64,000 bases of DNA from an uncultured Gemmatimonadaceae bacterium (GTDB lineage: Bacteria; Gemmatimonadota; Gemmatimonadetes; Gemmatimonadales; Gemmatimonadaceae): the NCBI GenBank assembly GCA_963761305.1, contig CAVXGK010000002.1, positions 32,001-96,000 of the forward strand, read 5' to 3'. This document shows positions 40,187 through 48,013 of the stretch, in pieces (positions within the stretch are counted from its first letter, which is position 1; every line of letters begins with the position of its first letter). The notes under the pieces are model-generated. The model did no database searches. It saw only the letters and a list, made by a program, of their open reading frames with translations, and was not told the DNA's origin. A program made the position numbers and the translations under genes.

Positions 40187-41272
40187 TCAGTTATCGCCCG
40201 GCAACGTCTTCAGAAAATCAGCGAGGTGCGGACCCCAGATCGCCGGCAGCGAATGCGTGCCGTGCCCGCGCGTCTGGTCGGTGATCGGCAACAACACGAA
40301 CTTCGCGTTCTTCACCCGTTTGATCAGCTGTTCGGCGATCCCCAGCTCGGGCGGATTCACGAAGTCGTCCATCGAATTGATCGCCAGCACGCGCGCCGTG
40401 ATCTTCTCGAGATTCGGCGACGGATCGTAGTCGCGCGATGCGTTGAACGCGTACACGACGTCGTTCGCGTCGTGCGTCCTCACGTTCTGGTCGAGATACG
40501 CGCGGATCGCCGAGTCGGCCTGGTCGCGCGTCGGCGCCTGCTTCTGCTGCACCTTGGGCGCCGACGTCATGATGAACAGCATGCCCATCGCCTGGCGGAG
40601 GCCGGCCGGCTGCGCGGTGTAGTCGCCGCCGTTGTAGCCCGGGTCATTCTGGATGAAATCCATGATCATCGTGCGAATCATCCGGTTTCGGCCGGCGATC
40701 TGCATCGGCAGACACGCCAGCGGTACCAGGCCGTCCACGAAATCGGGATACCGCTCGCCCCAGACCCACGCGTGCATGCAGCCCATCGACGTACCCATGA
40801 CCAGGCGCAGATGGCTGACGCCGAGCGCCTTGGTGAGCAGCTCGTGCTGGGCGTCGACCATGTCGTCGTAGGTGTACTTCGGGAACCGTGCGTGCATGCC
40901 GTCGCTTGGTTTGCTCGAGTGCCCGTGGCCGATGCCGTCGGGGAGGATCACGAAGTAGTTCGCCGTGTCGAGCAGTTGGCCGTGCCCGAACAGCTCCCCG
41001 GCGTAGGTGCGACTCACGAATCCGCTGCCCGAGCCGGTGGTGCCGTGGAGGATCATCACCGCGTTCCGGACCACACCCGCGGCATCGCGGCGCGGCGTCC
41101 CGAAGGTGATGTAGTGAATACGCAACTCGGCGAGCGTTTCGCCGCTCGCGAAGCGGAAGTTGTGGATCGTATAATCCTTGCCGGCCGGAACCTGCTGCGC
41201 CCGGGCGGCCAGGGGGACAACCAGAATGGAGACGGCGGCGAACGCGATCAGTCGACGGATGGCGGACGGCAT
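40187..41272 (-). CDS. Secreted homoserine O-acetyltransferase-like alpha/beta hydrolase
   Basis: LHGTTG, PDGIGHG.SSKPSD, GTSMG and TRGHGTH, with a signal peptide. Confidence 0.85.
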   Translation of the reverse strand: MPSAIRRLIAFAAVSILVVPLAARAQQVPAGKDYTIHNFRFASGETLAELRIHYITFGTPRRDAAGVVRNAVMILHGTTGSGSGFVSRTYAGELFGHGQLLDTANYFVILPDGIGHGHSSKPSDGMHARFPKYTYDDMVDAQHELLTKALGVSHLRLVMGTSMGCMHAWVWGERYPDFVDGLVPLACLPMQIAGRNRMIRTMIMDFIQNDPGYNGGDYTAQPAGLRQAMGMLFIMTSAPKVQQKQAPTRDQADSAIRAYLDQNVRTHDANDVVYAFNASRDYDPSPNLEKITARVLAINSMDDFVNPPELGIAEQLIKRVKNAKFVLLPITDQTRGHGTHSLPAIWGPHLADFLKTLPGDN

Positions 41273-41399
41273 GGCCTCACCGGGGTGGATGGCGTGCTGC
41301 GACGTTAGCCGCCCGACCCTCAATTCGACAGCCCAATCCGGTTGAACGTTGACTAACCTTCCTTGAGCCGCGGGCGGACGCTTTCCGTCGCGAGCCCCG

Positions 41400-41495
41400 T
41401 CAGCAGCGCGCCAACCAAAGGATGAGACCCATCTCGACGGTGGCCGCGATGATCCCGAAGACCAACGCTGCACGAAATCCCTTGCTGAGATTCAT
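41400..41495 (-). CDS. Putative 31-aa single-TM small protein
   Basis: MNLSKGFRAALVFGIIAATVEMGLILWLARC: basic N-terminus plus hydrophobic helix. Confidence 0.4.
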   Translation of the reverse strand: MNLSKGFRAALVFGIIAATVEMGLILWLARC

Positions 41496-42768
41496 GTCGT
41501 TCGTCGCTCGCCGAGCGGTGGTTGAAACGGTCGGATGGCCGGCGCTGGTCGCGCTCCTCTGCGCGGCCGCGTGCAGTGAAACTACGACGTCCATCCGCCG
41601 ATTTCCGGTGCTCGACGACGTCGGCTCGAGCGATTGGGTCACGGTCACCGTCGGCGGCGACCATTCGTGCGGCATCAAGACCGACGGCAGCGCGTACTGC
41701 TGGGGAAGCAACGAATACGGCCAACTCGGCGTCGCGCAGGGCGACACGATCTGCGGATCGCTGAGCAACGCGTATCCGTGTGCGACCACGCCGCAGCTCG
41801 TCCAGGCGGGGCTCCAGTTCGCGTCGATCAGCGCGGGCCAACGCCACACGTGCGCCATCACCCGCTCGAACGAAGCGTATTGTTGGGGATCGAACGACGC
41901 GGGACAGGTGAGTGATTTCGGAGCGGGTGGTCCGACCCTCATGAAAGTCCCCAGCTCGCTCCCGTGGACTCAGATCACCGCAGGGTTCTCGCACACGTGC
42001 GCCGTGCGGTCCGACGGGGTGCTCGTGTGTTGGGGCTCGAACGACCGCGGCGAGTTGGGAAACGGAAATCTCTTTCCCGGAACGACGCGAGCGAGCATCG
42101 CGTCTCCCGTCGCGGCGGCGAGCGCCGGACAATCGCGCACCTGCGCGCGCACGACGACGGGCGTCGTGTACTGCTGGGGCGCGATCTGGACCGAGCGAAG
42201 CGGAGGGCTCGAGCTCTCACGAACGCAATTGACCCCGCAGCTCGTGCCGAGCGCGCCGGCGATGGCGTGGTTGAGCGTCGGTTCGTTCAGCACGTGCGGC
42301 GCCGACATTTCGGGTTTCGCGTATTGCTGGGAGGCGAATCCGCGCGGCGAGATGGGCACCGGGACGCAGAACGGCAGCACGACGCCCGCGCGGGTGGCGA
42401 GCGACCTCGAATTCGTGCAACTGAGCGCCGGCATCGTGCAGACGTGCGGCATCGACATCACCGGGACGGGCTACTGTTGGGGCGACGACAGCTTCGGCCA
42501 GTTGGGGCTCTCGCCGTCGGTGCTCATCGAACGGTGCGGGGGACAGATACTTCCGTGCGCGACGAAGCCGGTCGGCGTGGTGGGGCGGCAGAAGTTCGTG
42601 GAGATCGCCACCGGATTCGGCAGTCATTCGTGCGGCGTGACGAGCCGCGGCAATCTCTATTGCTGGGGACTTGGCCTCTCGGGCCAGCGGGGTGATGGAA
42701 CCGAGGTGGGAGCCGTGGCGACGCCGGCACTTGTGGTCGAGCCCGCTCGTCTGGTGAACTCGAAGTAG
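41494..42768 (+). CDS. RCC1-repeat lipoprotein
   Basis: Repeated H(S/T)C......AYCWGxN..GQLG units and lipobox AAAC. Start uncertain (41494 or 41518). Confidence 0.9.
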   Translation: MSFVARRAVVETVGWPALVALLCAAACSETTTSIRRFPVLDDVGSSDWVTVTVGGDHSCGIKTDGSAYCWGSNEYGQLGVAQGDTICGSLSNAYPCATTPQLVQAGLQFASISAGQRHTCAITRSNEAYCWGSNDAGQVSDFGAGGPTLMKVPSSLPWTQITAGFSHTCAVRSDGVLVCWGSNDRGELGNGNLFPGTTRASIASPVAAASAGQSRTCARTTTGVVYCWGAIWTERSGGLELSRTQLTPQLVPSAPAMAWLSVGSFSTCGADISGFAYCWEANPRGEMGTGTQNGSTTPARVASDLEFVQLSAGIVQTCGIDITGTGYCWGDDSFGQLGLSPSVLIERCGGQILPCATKPVGVVGRQKFVEIATGFGSHSCGVTSRGNLYCWGLGLSGQRGDGTEVGAVATPALVVEPARLVNSK

Positions 42769-42818
42769 ACGGGTGGACGGGTGGATGGTGAAGGGGTGGA
42801 CGGGTGAACGGGTGGATG
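42769..42818 (+). repeat. 8-bp tandem repeat (GGGTGGAC-like) x about 6
   Basis: acgggtggacgggtggatggtgaaggggtggacgggtgaacgggtggatg, starting at the RCC1 stop. Confidence 0.8.
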
Positions 42819-42953
42819 TGACGCAGGTCAACATCCGTTGAACGCGGGCCGATACTCGGAATTACATTGTTCGTTCGCGCTCGGTCGCCGCAGTTCCTCC
42901 CGGACTCGTCGCGCCGTAGTTCCTACCGCAGGCCTCTGTCCCTCCCCAGCATC

Positions 42954-43088
42954 ATGAATTTCGACCGTCGGTTCATTCAGCGCGCGTTGCTCGCGTTCAC
43001 CACGGGGTTGTTTCTGGCGTGCGCGGCGCGCGTGTCCGCGGGCGATGCGGCGAGAATGTCAGGCGACGCTCCGGCGATCGTTCGCTAG
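42954..43088 (+). CDS. Possible small secreted peptide (44 aa)
   Basis: MNFDRRFIQRALLAFTTGLFLACAA..., signal-like; fills an intergenic gap. Confidence 0.3.
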   Translation: MNFDRRFIQRALLAFTTGLFLACAARVSAGDAARMSGDAPAIVR

Positions 43089-43094
43089 TCCGAG

Positions 43095-43757
43095 CTACAG
43101 AGGTCGCCGCGATTTCCAGAGGCGATAGCCGCCGGTGAACGCGTTGGCGTTGTTGCCGCGGCGCGCACCCTTGGGCAGTCGCTTCACGTGCCGGACGTTT
43201 CCCCCGCCGAGCACGACGTAATCGACGAGGAACGCGGCCGAAAGCAGCTCGACGACTTGGTCGACGTGCTTGCGCCAGCGATGTTTGCCGAGTCGCTGAA
43301 ACCCCGCTTCGCCGATCACCTGCTCGTACGTTTGTCCGCGCTCATAGGGGAGATGCGCGAGCTCGAGCGGGATCAGGACGCCGTCGTGGATGAGTGTCGA
43401 ACCGAGTCCGGTTCCCAAACCGAGAAAGAGCATCCGGCCGCCCTCGTAACTGCCGAGCGCCTGCATCGCGGCGTCGTTGACGAGTCGCACCGGCTTTCCG
43501 AACGCCCTCGCAAAATCGAATCGAACCCAACCCGCTCCGAGATTCCACGGGTCCTCGACCGGTTTGCCGTTGCGCACCGGCCCGGGGTATCCGATCGAGA
43601 CGCGGTCGTATTTCCATTCCGCCGTCGCCTCGCGCACGTCGCGCACCATCTGCCGCGGCGTGAACTTGGGGCCGGACGCGATCTTGACCGGCGCACGGTG
43701 GCCGGTCGCGAGCAGTTTGACGTGCGTGCCGCCGACGTCGACCACCAGAATCTTCAT
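43095..43757 (-). CDS. ROK family sugar kinase (polyphosphate glucokinase-like)
   Basis: VVDVGGTHVK, NDAAMQA, GLGTGLGS, ELAH and GGGN. Confidence 0.9.
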   Translation of the reverse strand: MKILVVDVGGTHVKLLATGHRAPVKIASGPKFTPRQMVRDVREATAEWKYDRVSIGYPGPVRNGKPVEDPWNLGAGWVRFDFARAFGKPVRLVNDAAMQALGSYEGGRMLFLGLGTGLGSTLIHDGVLIPLELAHLPYERGQTYEQVIGEAGFQRLGKHRWRKHVDQVVELLSAAFLVDYVVLGGGNVRHVKRLPKGARRGNNANAFTGGYRLWKSRRPL

Positions 43758-43767
43758 CAACGAATTA

Positions 43768-44325
43768 TCACGGGCTCGGCGGCAATCCCTTACGCTCGCG
43801 GACCGCGGCGACGAAGCGCTTGGCGTCGGCCTCGTTGAAGGTGTTCGACACTTTCTGTTTGTCGACCTTCGTGTTGCCGAACAGGTCGTGATTGCCGCCG
43901 TCGGTCCAGGTGACGCGGATGCGGCCGTCGTCGTACTGAATGTCCTTGATCTCGGAGAGCGGGAAGACGGCGTGCGTGCCGATCGCGCCGGCGACCGACG
44001 ACTTCACGATGCTCGAAATCATCCCACCGAAGCCGCTCGAGTCGCCGTGTGAATCGTTGAGCGAGCCCTTGATCTTGGCCACGGTCTTGGCCGACAGGCC
44101 GGCGAGAATCTTGTCGCCCATCAGGACGACGTCCACGCTGCTGTCGGCGTTGTAGAGCCGCAAGTCGCCCGGGCCGAGGCTGTCCGGGGGCATCTGCGTC
44201 TCGACGCGAACGTGGCTGCTGCTGGGGGCGCGGAGGCGATGCTTGATCCAGACGATCGCGAGCGCGCAGGCGAAGATCACGAGCCCGAATGACACCAGGC
44301 TTCCGATGACGCGGCGAGAGTTCAT
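43768..44325 (-). CDS. Hypothetical membrane-anchored protein
   Basis: N-terminal TM helix, typical codon usage, co-oriented in the operon. Confidence 0.7.
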   Translation of the reverse strand: MNSRRVIGSLVSFGLVIFACALAIVWIKHRLRAPSSSHVRVETQMPPDSLGPGDLRLYNADSSVDVVLMGDKILAGLSAKTVAKIKGSLNDSHGDSSGFGGMISSIVKSSVAGAIGTHAVFPLSEIKDIQYDDGRIRVTWTDGGNHDLFGNTKVDKQKVSNTFNEADAKRFVAAVRERKGLPPSP

Positions 44326-44359
44326 GATCGGTTCCCGTCGAAGGTGGTCACGAGACTGC

Positions 44360-46279
44360 TCATCGCGGACCCGACACGACCGGCAGCTCGACGAAGCTTA
44401 CGTGTCCCGGCTCGTGGAAGATTCGGTGCTCGGCCGATTTATAGTCGCTCGCCTTGGCCCAGAAAATGTTCGGCACGAAGGTCTGCGGGTTGCGGTCGTA
44501 GAGCGGAAACCAGCTCGACTGAATCTGCACCATGATCCGGTGCCCCGGCAGAAACACATGATTGGCCGTGGGCAGCGCGAACGTGTAGGCGAGCGGCGTG
44601 TTCGACGCGATCGGTTTGGGATTGTCGAAGCCCTCGCGATACCGTCCACGGAGGATGTCCATCGCCACCGCGAGCTGATAGCCGCCCATCTTCGCGTCGC
44701 CGCCGACTTCGTCGGGGTAGACGTCGATGAGCTTGACGACCCAATCGGCGTCGCTGCCGGTGGTCGAGGCGACGAGATGCGCCACGGCCTGCCCGCTGAT
44801 CTTCATCGGTTCGGTGAGGACGGGCGTCTCGTACGAAAGGACATCGGTGCGCCCCGAGAACTCGCGTTGGTCGTCGACCAGCCAGCACGGCCAGGTCGCG
44901 CACGTGTCGTAGCCGGTCGGCTTGATCGGCCGCGCGCGGAAGGGAACCGGTTTGGCCGGATCAGAGATGTATGAATCGTGGCCGGCGGCGGCGGGCGGAG
45001 AAAAGCCAGCCACGAAATCCGGGCCGAGATAGAGCGGCGTCAGCTTGATCGTGCAGCCGCTGGCGCAGCCGCTGGGCCACGCGCTCAGTCGCTCCCAGTG
45101 ATTGGTGCCCGTCTCGTACGCGTTGACCGGCGCCACGTCCATCGGCGGGTGTTCGTCCTTGAGGTAGTGCGCGAGAAACGGCGCCAGGATGTTCTTCTGA
45201 AACTCCTTCGACGTGTTGGCATCGAAGTCGAGCGCGCCGAGGCTGCTGCCGTTCTCGATCTCCTGGCCGTGGTGCCACGGGCCCATGGTGATGTACACCA
45301 TGTTGTTGTTCACGTCCTTGGGTTTGATCGCCTTGTAGACGGCGATCGCGCCGTAGATGTCTTCCTGGTCCCAGAGGCTGTGCACGAGCATCGTCGGGAC
45401 CTTGATCGGTTGCGCGGCGAGGATCTTGTCCATCGCCTGCAACTGCCACCACGAATCGTAGCTCGGGTGCTGGAGGATCTTGTTCCAGAATCCGACCTGC
45501 TCGAGGCCGTGCTGCTTTCCGAGCTCGCCGGCCGAGACCGACTTGATGTAGAGGTCGTAGTCGTCGTAGTGGTCCGTCCACCACTTCGCCGAATTGTCGC
45601 GCGTCGCTTCCTGCTCGAGGACGTACGGCATGTTCTGCTCGCGGAACGCGCCGTTGTGGAACCAGTCGTCGCCCATCCAGCCGTCGACCATCGGGTTCAT
45701 CGGCACCGAGACCTTGAGCGCCGGATGCGGATTGACGAGTCCCATGAGCGGCTCGAATCCGTCGTACGAAATGCCGAGTTCCCCGACGTTGCCGTTGGTC
45801 TCGGGCACGTTCTTCACGAGCCAGTCGATCGTGTCGTACGTATCGGTGGACTCGTCGACCTTCGTGGAATTGAGCGGGCCGACGAGCGGGCGATTCATCA
45901 CGTAGTCGCCCTCGGATCCGTACTTGCCGCGAATGTCCTGCACGACGCGGATGTACCCGCCGGGGATGATGACGTCGAGCGCGTTGTCGTAGCCGTTCAG
46001 CTCAGGCGCGAGATGCGCGCTCTGGGCGTACGACGTCGTGGCGGTGGCGTCGTAGGGCGTCCGCGTGAAGAGGATCGGCGCGCGGCGGGCGTTTTTCGGG
46101 ACGAGGATGACTGTGTGGAGTTTGACGCCGTCGCGCATGGGGATCATGACGTCGCGGCGTTGATAGTCGAAGGTCGAGGTGCTGGGAGTGAACTTCGATG
46201 GGGTTTCGGTAGGGAGCTGGGCGCCGAGAGAAGCGGCGGCGAGAAGCGTGAGACCGGCGAGGACGCGAGCGAGGTACAC
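44360..46279 (-). CDS. CocE/NonD family hydrolase (alpha-amino acid ester hydrolase-like)
   Basis: IPMRDGVKL, RTPY, QDIRGKYGSEG, GISYDG, GPWHHG and WFPLYDRNPQ. Confidence 0.92.
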   Translation of the reverse strand: MYLARVLAGLTLLAAASLGAQLPTETPSKFTPSTSTFDYQRRDVMIPMRDGVKLHTVILVPKNARRAPILFTRTPYDATATTSYAQSAHLAPELNGYDNALDVIIPGGYIRVVQDIRGKYGSEGDYVMNRPLVGPLNSTKVDESTDTYDTIDWLVKNVPETNGNVGELGISYDGFEPLMGLVNPHPALKVSVPMNPMVDGWMGDDWFHNGAFREQNMPYVLEQEATRDNSAKWWTDHYDDYDLYIKSVSAGELGKQHGLEQVGFWNKILQHPSYDSWWQLQAMDKILAAQPIKVPTMLVHSLWDQEDIYGAIAVYKAIKPKDVNNNMVYITMGPWHHGQEIENGSSLGALDFDANTSKEFQKNILAPFLAHYLKDEHPPMDVAPVNAYETGTNHWERLSAWPSGCASGCTIKLTPLYLGPDFVAGFSPPAAAGHDSYISDPAKPVPFRARPIKPTGYDTCATWPCWLVDDQREFSGRTDVLSYETPVLTEPMKISGQAVAHLVASTTGSDADWVVKLIDVYPDEVGGDAKMGGYQLAVAMDILRGRYREGFDNPKPIASNTPLAYTFALPTANHVFLPGHRIMVQIQSSWFPLYDRNPQTFVPNIFWAKASDYKSAEHRIFHEPGHVSFVELPVVSGPR

Positions 46280-46335
46280 GGGGGGCTCGAGGTTTTGGCT
46301 TCCGGTAAGGTCGCGCCGGAAGCGGCGAGTCGAAA

Positions 46336-46996
46336 GGCGTTGGGTGGCCCGGCCATTCTGGGCACTGGCGCCGGGTTAGGTACGACTTTGGGCTCGAAGT
46401 CGGACGTCAGATGTCGGACGTCAGATGTCAGACAATGCGTACCCCGGAAACAGAATCGTGATGGAGCCCCGCCGCCGATGCATATCGTCGCCCCCTAACC
46501 GGAGGACAGGTGGGGAACTTCAGGCGACTCGTGGCATGCAGAAGGCGAACGCGTATTCGTTGGCAGTCCACGCGGCGTTTCGAACCATGAGGGCACAGGT
46601 CTCGCCGGGGTTCCCCGCCCAAGTCCTTCGTGCAGTCAGCTCCATTCCCGACAACCTTGCCGAAGGCTGCGCCAAGCGCTCTAGGCGCGAACTCGCGCGC
46701 TACGCCGACACGGCCTATTCGTCCTCGAAGGAAGTCGAGAATCAACTCATTCGGGCACGAGCGCTCGGACTGCTGAGTCGCCAGATGTTCGAGGACCTGA
46801 TGCGCCAGGGAGACGAGGTCTCGCGGCTGTGCTACGCCCTCGCGCTCGGCTGACCCGCCTGCGGCGACTCCTGCCGGGGCGAGCAGGAGGTCTGACGTCT
46901 GACATCTGACATCTGACATCTGACGTCAGACGTCGAGCGAACCACGTGGCTCGCCGGCCAATCGAACTCAGAGTGGCCGACCGCCCCTCCAACGCC
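46336..46996 (+). mobile_element. Four-helix-bundle element B: terminal IRs plus inverted 7-mer arrays around the gene
   Basis: (GTCRGAY)x5 at 46399-46433 and (RTCTGAC)x5 at 46890-46924. Outer IR GGCGTTGG..CGGCCATTCTG pairs with CAGAGTGGCCG..CCAACGCC. Mobility is inferred. Confidence 0.7.
46510..46853 (+). pseudogene. Four helix bundle protein (23S rRNA IVP / Avd-like), 1-nt frameshift near 46538
   Basis: GGAGG SD plus GTG gives MGNFRRLVA, then TG CAG AAG GCG (expected W-Q-K-A). The other frame carries QVLRAVSSIPDNLAEGCAKRS...EVENQLIRARALG. Confidence 0.8.
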
Positions 46997-47011
46997 GTCA
47001 GTAGTCCGGCG

Positions 47012-47764
47012 TTAGGGCTGCGGTCTTCCGATATCTCTCAACCGCCCTTTCGCTTCATTGTTCGTCGAATCCCGCCGAATCGCCTCTCGGTACGCCGTCT
47101 CCGCCCCCGCCGTATCCGCCTTCATGAGCAGCACATTCCCCCGAAACACGTACATCCCCGATGAGTTCGGGTAGAACTCTTCGTTCAACCGAAGCATCGC
47201 GAGCGCCTCGTCGAACTTGCTCGCTCGTCCGAGCCGGAACGCCGCGGTGTTCAGTTGGCCTTCGCCAAAATCGTAGGCGCCGCTGCCGTAGTACCGCTGC
47301 CGCAGCGCGCGGTACGCTTTCACACCCGAGTCCGCGCCGCCGGCCGTCGCCGCGGCGATGATCACGGCGGAGAGGGGCATCGGTTTGCTCACTCCGCGGT
47401 GACACGTCGCGCAGGTGACCTGCGGGTCGTCGGGCTGGTGGCCAGGCAATGTGTCGAGCCGGCGATTCGCCTCTTGCACCAGCAGCATCATCTGTCGCGC
47501 GACGAGCTTCGTCCGCTTGTCGTCGCTCACGAAGTTGAACTGCGTGAGCGGCTGGCCTTCCTCGCCGACGTGACAAAACTGGCACCGCACGCCCAGGTCC
47601 GACGTGAAGTTGCGCATCGTGCCGATGACCTGCAGCACGGGCGTCGACTTCGGGATGACCTTGGTGTTGACCAGCGAATCCGGCGGAAACTTCGCCGGTG
47701 CCTGGGCAAGCAGCTGCGAGGCCGCCAGCGTGATCACCGGAATCGTCAACATCGAGACGCGCAT
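47012..47764 (-). CDS. Di-heme c-type cytochrome (reaction-centre cytochrome c-like domain) with C-terminal TPR
   Basis: Signal peptide, LGVRCQFCH, VTCATCHRG and TPR-like helices. ORF open to 47800. Confidence 0.85.
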   Translation of the reverse strand: MRVSMLTIPVITLAASQLLAQAPAKFPPDSLVNTKVIPKSTPVLQVIGTMRNFTSDLGVRCQFCHVGEEGQPLTQFNFVSDDKRTKLVARQMMLLVQEANRRLDTLPGHQPDDPQVTCATCHRGVSKPMPLSAVIIAAATAGGADSGVKAYRALRQRYYGSGAYDFGEGQLNTAAFRLGRASKFDEALAMLRLNEEFYPNSSGMYVFRGNVLLMKADTAGAETAYREAIRRDSTNNEAKGRLRDIGRPQP

Positions 47765-47899
47765 CGTTCGCCCCGCGTATGGAGTGCGAAACGATATCAT
47801 GCGCGGCGCGCCGCAACTGTAAGAGTGTTGTTCGGTGCGAGACAGCCGATCGACGAACTCCAGTTCGGGGTTATCGCCAATGAAGCGACGAACCCGGTC

Positions 47900-48004
47900 G
47901 GGCGACCAGGAGGTCTGACGTCCGATTCTGTCTGACGTCAGCCGTCAGTCGTCGAGCGAACCACGTGGCCAGCCGGCCAATCGGACCTGGAATGGCCGAC
48001 GCCC
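47900..48004 (+). repeat. Solo direct copy of the downstream arm of element B
   Basis: GGGCGA.CAGGAGGTCTGACGTC...GTCGAGCGAACCACGTGGC..GCCGGCCAATCG...TGGCCGAC matches 46877-46986. Confidence 0.9.
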
Positions 48005-48013
48005 ATCGCGCAC

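Noticed and set aside
46510..46853. 23S rRNA intervening sequence
   Set aside because: No rRNA sequence flanks either four-helix-bundle gene.
47012..47764. pufC / photosynthesis gene cluster
   Set aside because: Only two CxxCH motifs plus a TPR, and no puf or bch genes nearby.
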